From: Spirochaetia bacterium
Lineage (GTDB): Bacteria > Spirochaetota > Spirochaetia > SZUA-6 > Bin103
Assembly (NCBI GenBank): GCA_965208575.1
Contig: CBDBOV010000004.1
Span: 768,001-832,000, forward strand
Length of the DNA stretch: 64,000 nt
Direction: 5' to 3'
Shown: positions 9,011 through 19,236 of the stretch, piece by piece
Position numbering within the stretch: the first letter of the stretch is position 1
Layout of the letters: every line of letters begins with the position of its first letter
Notes under the pieces: generated by a model
Database searches by the model: none
Told to the model about the DNA's origin: nothing
What the model saw: the letters and a program-made list of their open reading frames with translations, nothing else
Position numbers and translations under genes: made by a program

Positions 9011-10726
9011 ATGAACAAGACCCATGCGATCGCCGTGGTGCTTCTCGCCGCCGCGGCGATGTGGCTCTCCGCGGCCGGAGAGCAGGACAGCGAGATGGCG
9101 GCGGCCGGCGACGGCGGCCCGCAGTACGGGGGCACCCTGACCGCGGTCAGCGCCGCCTTCGTGATCGGCCCGGAGAGCCCCGACCCGGCTGACGGTCAGG
9201 GCCACTCCACGCTCTTTCTCTCCCTGATCCAGGAGCGCCCGCGGTTCGGCGACCACGAGAAATTCGGTCCCAAGGGCACCGGCGAGTACCCCTTTACCCT
9301 GGTTGGCCCGATGCCCGACAAGTACGCGCGCGGACTGCTGGTGGAGAGCTGGGACGTCACGCCCGAGCAACACACCTGGCACTTGCGCAAGGGCGTCATG
9401 TGGGCGGCGGACAACGTCGACTTCATGGAAAACCGCGAGATGGTCGCCGCGGACGTTGTCGCCGACCTCAAGTACTACCGCGAATCTCCCGCCGGGGCGC
9501 GCTTCAAGGGCGTGTCCGGCGACATCACCGCCACCGACAGCCACACCGTGGTGATCGAGTTCACCGAACTCGACATCGGCATGCTGAACATCCTCACGAT
9601 GGGCGGGACGACCGCCATTTCGCCGCCCGAGATGGAGGCGGCGGGCATGGACAAGTGGGCAAACCAGGTGGGCACCGGACCGTTCATGTTCGACGACTAC
9701 GAGATCGACTCCCACATGACCTACGAGCGCAATCCGAACTACTGGGACAAGACCACCATCGATGGACAGGAGTACCAGCTCCCGTTCGTGGACAAGGTGA
9801 TCGTCCCGATCATCGCCGACGAGGCGTCCATGGTCGCGGCACTGCGCACCGGCCGGGCCGACATGGCCAGCTCGGTGTTCGCCGTGCACTGGCAGACGCT
9901 CGACGAGACGGCGCCCGACCTGAACTCGCACCGGTTCCCGATTTCGTTCGGGTCGACGGCCTACCTGAAGACCACCGAGCCGCCGTTTGACAACCGCGAC
10001 GTGCGCCGCGCCATGATGGTCGGCACCGACCTGACCGGCTTCCAGAAGCTGCGCCAGGCGGGCGACCTGGAGTTGCCCACGCACTGGTTCCCGGTCGATC
10101 CGATCATGCCCTCCTACACGCCGATGGACGAGCTGCCGGAAGAGACCCGCATGCTGTACGACTACGATCCGGAGAAGGCGAAGCAGATGCTCGCCGACGC
10201 CGGCTACCCGAACGGCTTCACCATCGACTACACCACCCTGGGCTGGCCCGAGTTCATGACCGACGGGGCGCTGCTCAAGGACCAGTGGGAGAAGATCGGC
10301 GTTACGGTAAACCTGCAGGGCTTCGAGGCGGCGGTGTGGAGCGCGCACGCGCGCGAGCGCACCTACACCGGCTCGGTTCGGCAGGGGCACTGCGGCGGCT
10401 GCCCGGTGACCACGCTGCCGCGGTTCACTACCGGGCACACCCGCAACTACACCGACTGGTCCGATCCCAAGTTCGACGCGATGGTGGAGGAACTGACGAA
10501 GGAGCTGGATCCGGCGAAGCGCAACGAGATGATCAAGGAAGCGTCGATCTACCTGCTGAACGAGGTGATCGCGGTTCCGCAGGCAGTCAAGGTGCAGGGC
10601 CGCTTCTGGTGGCCGTGGATTCAGAACTATTACGGCGAGACCTACCTCGCGAGCACCAACACCTGGCTGGAGCCTTCCGCCTGGGTGTGGATCGATCAGA
10701 ACATAAAGAAGGAGATGGGCTACTAA
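9011..10726 (+). CDS. ABC transporter substrate-binding protein, family 5 (DppA/OppA-like)
   Basis: Signal peptide; 'PQYGGTL', 'LVESWDV', 'HLRKGV.W', 'VGTGPF', 'ERNPNYW', 'PFDNRDVRRAM', 'YDPEKAKQMLADAGYPNGF'; RBS AGGAGG. Confidence 0.92.
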   Translation: MNKTHAIAVVLLAAAAMWLSAAGEQDSEMAAAGDGGPQYGGTLTAVSAAFVIGPESPDPADGQGHSTLFLSLIQERPRFGDHEKFGPKGTGEYPFTLVGPMPDKYARGLLVESWDVTPEQHTWHLRKGVMWAADNVDFMENREMVAADVVADLKYYRESPAGARFKGVSGDITATDSHTVVIEFTELDIGMLNILTMGGTTAISPPEMEAAGMDKWANQVGTGPFMFDDYEIDSHMTYERNPNYWDKTTIDGQEYQLPFVDKVIVPIIADEASMVAALRTGRADMASSVFAVHWQTLDETAPDLNSHRFPISFGSTAYLKTTEPPFDNRDVRRAMMVGTDLTGFQKLRQAGDLELPTHWFPVDPIMPSYTPMDELPEETRMLYDYDPEKAKQMLADAGYPNGFTIDYTTLGWPEFMTDGALLKDQWEKIGVTVNLQGFEAAVWSAHARERTYTGSVRQGHCGGCPVTTLPRFTTGHTRNYTDWSDPKFDAMVEELTKELDPAKRNEMIKEASIYLLNEVIAVPQAVKVQGRFWWPWIQNYYGETYLASTNTWLEPSAWVWIDQNIKKEMGY

Positions 10727-10768
10727 GCCAAGCAGCCCTGATCTGAGGCCCGAAGCGGGCAGTTCACG

Positions 10769-10802
10769 CGGCCACGGGAGCACATCCCGTGGCCGTTTTG
10801 TT
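10769..10802 (+). terminator. Rho-independent terminator
   Basis: CGGCCACGGGA-5nt-TCCCGTGGCCG stem followed by TTTTGTT. Confidence 0.75.
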
Positions 10803-10805
10803 GGC

Positions 10806-11831
10806 TCATTTTCCGTCGGCGTTCCAGTCCCGGTAGATGTCGGCGATCACGTCGTCGATGCGCGAACGGTGGGTCTCCACGTCGTGGATGGCGCTCTGCG
10901 CGGATGCCTGCTGCAGCAGCACGGTGATCGGGGTGCGGGCGGCGTCGAACGTGTAGTGGTGGCGGTTGCCGTCGCTGCCGGTGAACCGGACGCCGGCGAG
11001 GCGCGGCGCGGCGGCGCTGCCGGTCTCGATCGTGAGGTGGCGGCGGTCGCCGAAGCGGCGGCGCAGTGTGGCGAAGTCACCGTCGTAGGCGATGCGGCCG
11101 CGGTCGATCAGGACGATGCGCCCGGCCAGTTGCTCCAGCTCGTCCATGTCGTGGCTGGTCAGCATGACCGTAACGCCGCGCTCGCGGTTCAGGGTCTTGA
11201 TGAAGTCGAGGATGGTGCGCTTCGCGAGCACGTCAAGGCCAATCGTGGGCTCGTCCAGGAACAGGATCTCCGGCTCGTGCAGCAGCATCAACGCGATGTC
11301 GGCGCGCATCTTCTGGCCTAGGCTGAGCTGCCGCGCCAGGGTGTGGAAGAACTCGCCGATGCCGAGCAGCTCCTTCACGAAGGCGAGCATCTCCCGGTAG
11401 CGCGGGCGCGGGATCTCCCACACCACCCGCTTCCACTCGAAGCTCGCCGCCACCGGCTGGTCCCACCACAGCTCGGTGCGCTGACCGAACACCACGCCGA
11501 TGCGGCGCACGTAGCGGACGCGCTCGCTCATCGGGTCCATGCCGAGACAGCGCACGGTGCCGGCGGTGGGCGCGAGCACACTGGACAGCAGCTTGACGGT
11601 GGTGGACTTGCCGGCGCCGTTGGGCCCGGCGTAGGCGACGATCTCGCCGCCGCGGATCGCCAGATTCACCCCGCGCAGGGCTTGAATCTGGCGAATCGTG
11701 GGCCGGAACAGGTTGGTCAGGACGTCGCGGAACCGCTCCGAGCGCTGGCGCTGGAAGAAGGTCTTGTCGACCTCGCGCAGCTCAACCGCGATGTCCCCAG
11801 GCGATGTAACGCTGCGATCCGGTCTGTGCAT
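10806..11831 (-). CDS. ABC-2 type exporter ATP-binding protein
   Basis: Walker A GPNGAGKST, signature LSLGQ, Walker B LFLDEPTIGLD. Confidence 0.92.
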   Translation of the reverse strand: MHRPDRSVTSPGDIAVELREVDKTFFQRQRSERFRDVLTNLFRPTIRQIQALRGVNLAIRGGEIVAYAGPNGAGKSTTVKLLSSVLAPTAGTVRCLGMDPMSERVRYVRRIGVVFGQRTELWWDQPVAASFEWKRVVWEIPRPRYREMLAFVKELLGIGEFFHTLARQLSLGQKMRADIALMLLHEPEILFLDEPTIGLDVLAKRTILDFIKTLNRERGVTVMLTSHDMDELEQLAGRIVLIDRGRIAYDGDFATLRRRFGDRRHLTIETGSAAAPRLAGVRFTGSDGNRHHYTFDAARTPITVLLQQASAQSAIHDVETHRSRIDDVIADIYRDWNADGK

Positions 11832-12615
11832 AGTGTTCCATACCCTTCTTGAATACGAATCCCGCCACCAGCGTCAGCAGCAGCGCCGCCAGCGGCGTGT
11901 GCCAGAGCCGCGGCGCGGCGATGCCGAGGAGCTGGCGGCTCGGATACCAGGCGACGAAGCCGACCGGCAGGATGGTGAGCATGCCGGTCAGCGCGATGGC
12001 GCTCAAGCCGTCGAGCGGGAACGCCTTGAGCTGATACAGGAAGTTCACCGCGCGGCTGCTGATCTCCTCGGCGGCCACCGGCGCCCAGAACGCCAGCGCG
12101 CCCCACAGGAACGAGAACGCCAGCGCCACGGTGCAGGACGCGAACAGGTTGGCCGCGAACAGCAGCCACCAGTGCGCCGGGAACCCGGCGCCGAGCTGCA
12201 CGATGGCCCAGGCGGTGATGCCGGCGCCGGTGAGCAGCGACCACGCCCCGGAGAACGGCATGAATCCCTCGGTCAGCAGCCCCATCCACAGCGGCTGCGG
12301 CTGCACCAGCAGGTGGTCGAATTGCCCGCGCCCGATGCGCCGGCTGACGTGCAGCACGTTGTAGCTGAAGCCGACGTCCAGGAAGCCGCGCACCAGCGCC
12401 GCGTAGCCGAGCATGAAGATCACCTGGTCGCGCGACCAGTGGCCGATGCCGCCGAACCGCTCGGCGAGCAGGAACACCGCGGCAACCCCGGCCAGGTTCA
12501 GGATCACGTCGGAGACCACGTTGATCAGGAAGAAGCGCAGGTCCTTGGTCATCCACATGAAGTCGAGGTGCGCCTGCACCCGCCAGCGCGCGAAGAGCGT
12601 GCGTGATCTACCCAT
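11782..12615 (-). CDS. ABC-2 family permease (ABC2_membrane_6/DUF990-like)
   Basis: Multiple TM segments; 'FGGIGHWS..QV.F..G' and 'I.RGQFDHLLVQP'. Confidence 0.82.
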   Translation of the reverse strand: MGRSRTLFARWRVQAHLDFMWMTKDLRFFLINVVSDVILNLAGVAAVFLLAERFGGIGHWSRDQVIFMLGYAALVRGFLDVGFSYNVLHVSRRIGRGQFDHLLVQPQPLWMGLLTEGFMPFSGAWSLLTGAGITAWAIVQLGAGFPAHWWLLFAANLFASCTVALAFSFLWGALAFWAPVAAEEISSRAVNFLYQLKAFPLDGLSAIALTGMLTILPVGFVAWYPSRQLLGIAAPRLWHTPLAALLLTLVAGFVFKKGMEHYAQTGSQRYIAWGHRG

Positions 12616-12620
12616 CGCAC

Positions 12621-13433
12621 TTACCCTCCATGGGTTACCAGGCGCTCGCGGTTGGCTTTCCACATCAGGTGCGCGAGCGGCCACAGCAGCGCCGCCCACC
12701 CCGCCTGCAATGCGAGCAGGAACAGCGCATCGCCGGTGCCGGTGTAGATGCGCAACGGGGCGGAGGCCAGCGCTGCGAACGGCAGGTAGCCCAGGAGCTC
12801 TCCAATGCCCCACGGCATGAGCGCCAGCGGGATCACCGCCCCGGAGAGCAGCGTGCTGACGGCGGTGCGCAGCTTCATCATCGCGTGCACGCTGTGTTCC
12901 AGCAGCACCATGACGCTCGCGAAGATGAAGTCCAGCGCGGCGGCGACCAGCACCGCGAGAATCAGGCTGCAGGCGAACAGCAGCGCCGCGCCGGCGCCCG
13001 CGGGCAGCGGATCGACGCCCAGCAGCGGCGCCAGGCAGAACAGCGGCAGCGAGAACAGCAACAGGTCGCGCAGACCGGCGCCCGCCATCTCGGCCGTGAA
13101 CTGGCCGAACACCCCCGCCGGACGCAGGAACCGGTTGGCGATGTCCCCGCTCGTGAGCGCGAGCTCGATCCCGGTGCCGAGCGTGAGCTGGCTGGCGAAC
13201 ACCTCGGCGATCAGCGTGTAGGTCAGCACCGCGGCGCGCGTCATGCCCGCGGTCGTGCCGGTCTCCGGCAGCACCGTGCGCCACAGCGACAGCAGCAGCG
13301 CCACGCGCAGCAGCCGCAGCCCGAAGTCCCCCGCCAGCACCCAACCGCGGTCGTCCAGCGAACGCACGGCCGCCATGGTCAGCGTCTTGAGATGCTTGCG
13401 GGCCGCGCGGACATGATCGATCGCTCCTGCCAT
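12621..13433 (-). CDS. ABC-2 family permease (ABC2_membrane_6/DUF990-like)
   Basis: 'SGDIANRFLRP', 'LLSGAVIPLALMP', 'YLPF...P..IY.G'. Confidence 0.82.
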   Translation of the reverse strand: MAGAIDHVRAARKHLKTLTMAAVRSLDDRGWVLAGDFGLRLLRVALLLSLWRTVLPETGTTAGMTRAAVLTYTLIAEVFASQLTLGTGIELALTSGDIANRFLRPAGVFGQFTAEMAGAGLRDLLLFSLPLFCLAPLLGVDPLPAGAGAALLFACSLILAVLVAAALDFIFASVMVLLEHSVHAMMKLRTAVSTLLSGAVIPLALMPWGIGELLGYLPFAALASAPLRIYTGTGDALFLLALQAGWAALLWPLAHLMWKANRERLVTHGG

Positions 13434-13614
13434 GGCGCGCGAAGTTCGTTCGACGAGCCGCCGATAGTCAAGGCGCTGCGCGGCGAATCCTGCGATTGGT
13501 CGGGAAGGGACTCCCATGGAATCATGCTGCTTGGCGGTGCGGCGCCGGGCGACGGCGGCGGCGGAGCAGACCGGCTGGGCGCGCGATGAGGCAGGCGCCC
13601 GCATCGCGTACCGC

Positions 13615-14220
13615 TCAGAGTTCGCCCGGCTCGGCCACGCGGTATCCGACGCCGCGCTCGTTGAAAATCCAGGTGGGCTTCGCCGCATCCTCGCCGAGCT
13701 TCCTGCGGATGGTCTTGATGAAGATGCGCACCAGGTTGGCGTCGCCGGCGTTGCGCTGGCCCCACACCCGACGCAGCAGCGTGTCGTAGGTCACCACCCG
13801 TCCGGCGTCGAGCGCGAGCACGCGCAGCAGCTCGTACTCGGTGGTGGTCAGCGCGACCGGCTCGCCGCCCACGGTCACCCGGCGGCGGTCGAAGTCGATG
13901 GCGAGCGCGCCGAGCACGAACGGCTCGGGCGCCTCGGTGCGGCGCAGCGCGGCGCGGATCCGCGCCACCAGCTCGGTTCGCGAGAACGGCTTGACGATAT
14001 AGTCGGCCGCGCCCGCTTCGAGCGCCGCGGCGGCCGAGAGCGTGCCGGTATCGATGCGGCCCGCGTCGAGCAGGTCGCCGATCAGGCATCACCTCCAGAA
14101 GCTGCTCGGGCGGATGGCCCGGCATGCGAAGTCTCTCCGCGATGCGCCGCGCCTCCCGGTTGACCGACACCCACGTCCGCCCTTGGCATCGAACACCACC
14201 ACGCCGCCCGGCGGCGAGCG
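13615..14220 (-). pseudogene. Internally deleted hybrid sensor kinase / OmpR-type response regulator (PAS, HisKA and REC fragments, intact wHTH)
   Basis: Consecutive fragments 'GVVVFDAK..VSVNREARRIAE', 'LIGDLLDAGRIDTGTL', 'ALEAGAADYIVKPFS..ELVARIR', then complete wHTH ending 'NERGVGYR'. Confidence 0.75.
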
Positions 14221-14332
14221 CGGCCCGCGGCGAGCGGCGGATTCCGGCCACCCCGCGAGCCGGTGCGAATCGGGGGTGCCCGGGCCGGCGAATCGGCGGT
14301 CTGCGCCGCCGCTACGGCGGCCGGCGGGTCGA

Positions 14333-14440
14333 TACGGTGTGATATATCGAATACACACCGTAAATCACTAAATTGACACGTCAATACACACAATATTCAC
14401 GCACATTTCACACAATGTCGACGTGCAAAGCGGTAAAATT
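14333..14440. promoter_or_regulatory. AT-rich regulatory region with inverted and direct repeats
   Basis: TACGGTGT...ACACCGTA inverted repeat and several T(A/T)CAC(A/G)C direct repeats between the regulator remnant and the adhesin. Confidence 0.5.
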
Positions 14441-14524
14441 CGGTCGGTCCGGCCCTGCGTGTTGCAGCGCCGCGCCGATGCCGCGTGAGCAGAGTGTTGG
14501 CGTTGCCGGCCGAGGAGCAGGCGA

Positions 14525-17500
14525 ATGATGGTGAGCGAAGCGACGAGGAAACAGCTTGACATGGCAGGACTCCCCGCCGGTATAATCCAGAGCCCCAGAG
14601 CCCCAGAGCCCCAGAGCCCCAGAGCCCCAGAGCCCCAGAGCCCCAGAGCCCCAGAGCCCCAGAGCCCCAGAGCCCCAGAGCTGCGTCCGCGCGCGGGTGC
14701 TCCGGCGTAAGCTCCCCGTCCTCCGCAGCTAACGCATCGCGCAGGTCGAGCCCCGGCCCCTCCGAGCGTCGGCCCGCCCGCGCCGGGCGCCGTCCTCCCC
14801 CGCTTCTTTCCCGCTTCCGGCCTCTCGGCCTCGCCCGCCTCGCGCCCCTGGCGGCGTGCCTGCTGGCGGCGGCGCTGTTCCTGCTGCCGGGCGCGCAGAC
14901 CGCCGAGGCGCAGACCACGGTCAAGCTGGTCGGCAACACCGGCCAGACGTCGTGGGGCGTCAGCGACGTCGATTTCGATTTCTCGGAAACGGCGTTCACG
15001 ACCGGCAGCAACGTTGGGGGCTATGTGCTGAAGCGCGTGGAAATCGTCGCCAAGACTGGTACGGAGAACCGCAGCTTCTCCGCGACGGTCCGCGAGGGGT
15101 CCCGCACCGGCACCAGCCTGGGCACGCTGACGAACCCGACCCTGACCGGTTCCCTTGCGAACGCACAGTTCACCGCGTCCGGCAACGGCATCGCACTGAA
15201 GGCCACCACGACGTACGTCGTGGTGCTCGCCGGCACCGGGGCGAACCTTGACGCAACCACGAGCGACAACGAGGACACGGGGGCCGCGACGGGCTGGAGC
15301 ATTGCGAACACGAACCGGATTCGAGGCGGCACCAGCGCCGGCGCGTCCCTCAGGATGGAGGTCTGGGGCTACGCCAACAACGCGCCCACGGTGGCGAACG
15401 CCATTCCGGACCGGGCGGCGCTGGCGGGCACGGCGTTCAGCTACGCCTTCCCGGCCAACACCTTCGCGGACGCGGACACGACCCACACCCTGACCTACAC
15501 GGCGAAGAAGTCCGACGACAGCGCGCTGCCGTCGTGGCTGACCTTCACCGCGGGCACCCGCGCCTTCTCGGGGACGCCGGCGGCGGGCGACGCCGGCACG
15601 CTGTCGGTGAAGGTGACCGCGAGCGACGGCATCGCTTCGGTGAGCGACACCTTCGACATCGTGGTGAAGGCGTCCAACAACGCGCCGACGGTGGCGAACG
15701 CCATCCCGGACCGGAAGGCGGCGGGGGGCACGGCGTTCAGCTACGCCTTCCCGGCCAACACCTTCAACGACGCGGACGGCGACACCCTGACCTACACGGC
15801 GACGAAGTCCGACGACAGCGCGCTGCCGTCGTGGCTGACCTTCACCGCGGGCACCCGCACCTTCTCGGGGACGCCGGCGGCGGGCGACGCCGGCACGCTG
15901 TCGGTGAAGGTGACGGCGAGCGACGGCATCGCTTCGGTGAGCGACACCTTCGACATCGTGGTGAAGGCGTCCAACGCCGCCCCCACGGTGGCGAACGCCA
16001 TCCCGAACCAGTTGGCGGTGGTGGGCACGGCCTTCAGCTACACCTTCCCGGCCAACACCTTCAACGATGCGGACGGTGACACCCTGATCTACACTGTGTT
16101 CCGCAGAGACCCTGGCACTGGCACCTTTAACCTGCTGCCGGGCTGGCTGACCTTCACCGCGAGCACCCGCACCTTCTCGGGCACGCCGGCTGCGGGCGAC
16201 GCGGGCAACGTCGAGGTGGTCGTGGGCGTGTCCGATGGCATCGCCGAAACGGGCGACACCTTCGACGTCGTCGTGGTTGGTCCCCCGACGGTCAGCGGGG
16301 TCGCCATCTCGTCGACGCCCTCGCTCGATACCGACGACAGCGGCACGCCGGAGACCTACGGGCTGACCGAGGTCATCCGGGTGAAGCTCACCTTCAGCGA
16401 GGCGGTGACGGTGACCGGCACGCCGCGGCTGAAGATCAAGATGGACCCGAACTTCGGCGAGTTCTGGGCGAACTACGAGACCGGCAGCGGCTCCACGGAA
16501 CTGTTCTTCGCCTACACGGTGGTGGAGCCGAACAAGTCGCCGAACGGCATCGCGGTGCTCGAGAACACGCTGGAGCTGAACGGCGGCACGATCAGGGCCG
16601 GGACCGCGAACGCGACCCTGGCGCATGCGGGACTGGCCCACGACGCCGGCCACAAGGTGGACTGGGAGGTCGCGGGGACGCCGGAGCCGCCTCCCCGGCC
16701 TCCTCAGCCACCCCAGCCACGGGACACGACGCCGCCGCGGGTGTCAGCCGCGCCGACGGTGGACGGCGCGACGCTCACGATCGTCTTCAACGAGCGGCTG
16801 GCCCGCGGCGCAATACCCCCGGCGGCGTTCGAGGTGGTGGTGGGCGGCGGCGGCGTCACCCCGTCGGCGGTCGAGGTGGACCACGCCGGCACGGGCCGGA
16901 CGGTGACGCTGACGCTGCCGGCGCCGGTGGCCCACGGCGAGACGGTCGAGGTGCGCTACACCCGGCCCGCGGCGAGCGGCGAGCGGCTGCGCGACGTCGC
17001 GGGCAACGCGGTGGCGGACTTCACGCGGACGGTGACCAACGAGACGCCGGCGCCCCCGCCGGGATCGCCGGTGGCCGACGCCGGGGCCGACCTGGCGGTG
17101 GATCCCGACGCTTCGGTGACGCTGGACGGCTCGGCGAGCGCGGACCCCGACGGGGATGCGCTGAGCTATGCGTGGACGCAGACCTCGGGGGCGGCGGTGG
17201 CGCTGGAGGGCGCGGACACGGCGCGGGCGACGTTCACGGCGCCGGCGGAGCCGGGCGCGCTGGCGTTCCGGCTCACGGTGACCGACCCCGGCGGGCTGTC
17301 GGCCCTCGACGACGTCACGGTGACGGTGCGCGACGTGGGGCCGCGCTTCGCGGCGCCGGCGCCGGCGCCGGCGCTGACGCTGGTGCTGGACCGGGAGATG
17401 GAGCCGGTGGTGCTGCCGGCGGCCACGGGCGGCAACGGCGGCCCCCATACCTATGCGCTGACCTCGGCGCCGGCGGGCCTGGCGGGGCTTTCCTTCGATG

Positions 17501-19188
17501 CGGAGACGCGGACGCTCTCGGGCACGCCGGCGGCGGAGGGGCGCTGGACCTTCACCTGGACGGCCCATGACGGGGACTCCAACACCGCGCCTTCCGACGC
17601 CGCTCGGGTGACCTTCCGGGTGACGGTGGCGGCGACGGCGCCGGAGGTGCAGCGGCGGGCGGTGAAGCGCACCGTGGCGGCGCTGGCGGCGCACACGCTG
17701 GCGTCGGCGCTCGACACGATCGGCGCGCGGCTGAGCGGCGCCCTGCCCGGCGCGAACCTGACGCTGGCCGGCGAGTCGGTGCCGCTATTCTCTCCGTCCG
17801 GGGGGTCCGGGGCGGCCGCGGGGTGGCGCGCCGGCCCGGACCTTGGGCCCTGCCCGGTCGACGGGTTCGGCAACGGCTTCCGGCACGCCGGCTTCGGCGC
17901 GGCGCGCGGCGGCTGCGCGCCGGCAGGGCGGAGCCGGACCCTCGGGACGGCGGAGCTTCTGGGCGCGAGCGCGTTCTCGCTGACGCTCGGCGCGGCCCCT
18001 TCCGGGTCGACCGGGCGGGACGCGCGGCGGCTGGATGCCGGGGATGCCGCGCCGGCTGTCACACGGATCCGCGACGCGGGCGAGCAGGTGTGGTCGCTGT
18101 GGGGCCGGGGCGACCTGGGCGCGTTCGCGGGCCGCCCGGAGCCGGGGATGCGCTACGAGGGCGAGACGCGGACCGGCTGGCTCGGGGTGGACGCCCGGGC
18201 CGGGCGTTGGATCGCGGGCCTCGCGGTCTCGCACGGGACCGGCGAGTCCGACTACAGCTTCGCGGGCGGCGACGATCCGGCGGAGCGGGGCCGGCTTGAG
18301 ACGGCGGTGAGCGCGCTCTGGCCCTACGCGCGCTGGACCTTCGGGAACGGGCTGGAGCTGCGCGGCATGGCCGGCGCGGGGACCGGCACCTTGCGCCACG
18401 CCCCGGGCGGCGGCGCGCCGGCGGAGGAGAGCGGGCTGACGATGTGGGCGGGCTCGGTCGGCATCAAGCAGAACCTGCCGCGCGTGGTCGGGATCGACCT
18501 GGCGGCGCGCGGCGACGCGAGCTTCGCGCGGATCGCGTCCGCAGGCGGCGGGGAGACGCTCAACGGGCTGCTCGCCGACAGCTTGCGCGTGCGTGGAGGC
18601 GTGGAGGCGTCGCGGCGCTTCGCGCTGGGCGGCGAGCGGGCGCTCGTGCCGTTCCTGGAACTGGCGGCGCGGCAGGACGACGGCGACGGCGTGACCGGCA
18701 CCGGCCTGGAGCTGGCGGGCGGGCTGCGCTTCGCGGCGCCCCGCGTCGACGTCGAGCTGCGCGGCCGCTGGCTGGCGGCGCACACCCGGGAGGGCACCGA
18801 GGAACGGGGGTTGAGCGTGAACGCCCGCATAGGGCCCGGGGCGCACGGGCTCGGGCTGTCGCTGATGCTGAGCCCGCGCTGGGGCGCGGGCACGGGCGGG
18901 GCGCAGGCGCTGTGGCGCGACGAGCTGCCGACGGCGGCCGGGGCGCCGCACGGCGATGCCGGCGCGCTCGACGCGCGCATCGGCTACGGGGTCGGGGTGG
19001 CTCCGCACGGGCTGCTGACGCCATTCGCCGAGACCAGGCTCGCCGGCGATCACTGGCGCCTCCGGCTCGGGACCCGGTTCGAGGCGGCGCACGTGAATCT
19101 CGGCGTCGAGCTCGCGGGCGAGCACCGCGAGGGCGGCGCGGCCGGGCCCGAGCAGGTGCTCAAGCTCGACCTGAAGCTGCGGCAATGA
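14525..19188 (+). CDS. Large surface adhesin / autotransporter-like protein (Ig/cadherin-like x3, SwmB-like, PKD-like, Ig, beta-barrel), frameshifted at the 8-bp repeat
   Basis: RBS AGGAG and ATG 14525 in one frame; signal peptide 'LAACLLAAALFLLPGAQTAEA|QTT' and the body in another; 'NNAPTVANAIPD...FSYAFPANTF.D.DGD.LTY...LPSWLTF....RTFSGTP' repeats; C-terminal 'WSLWGRG..G.D' barrel. Confidence 0.85.
14556..14586 (+). promoter_or_regulatory. Consensus sigma70 hexamers TTGACA-N19-TATAAT embedded in the adhesin leader
   Basis: TTGACA 14556-14561, TATAAT 14581-14586, directly followed by the tandem repeat; spacer is long. Confidence 0.6.
14587..14681 (+). repeat. Simple sequence repeat, 8-bp unit CCCCAGAG x11 plus partial unit
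   Basis: Perfect tandem array counted directly: CCAGAG 14587-14592 then 11 units to 14680. Confidence 0.98.
15376..16275 (+). repeat. Three ~300-bp intragenic Ig-domain repeats
   Basis: Units start at 15376, 15676 and 15973; the first two are nearly identical in DNA. Confidence 0.9.
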
Positions 19189-19236
19189 GCGCCGGCGCGT
19201 GTCGTTCACCAAACGCAAACGAACAAAGACCGCGCC

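Noticed and set aside
14587-14681. CRISPR array
   Set aside because: Pure 8-bp tandem repeat with no spacers; no cas genes in the window.
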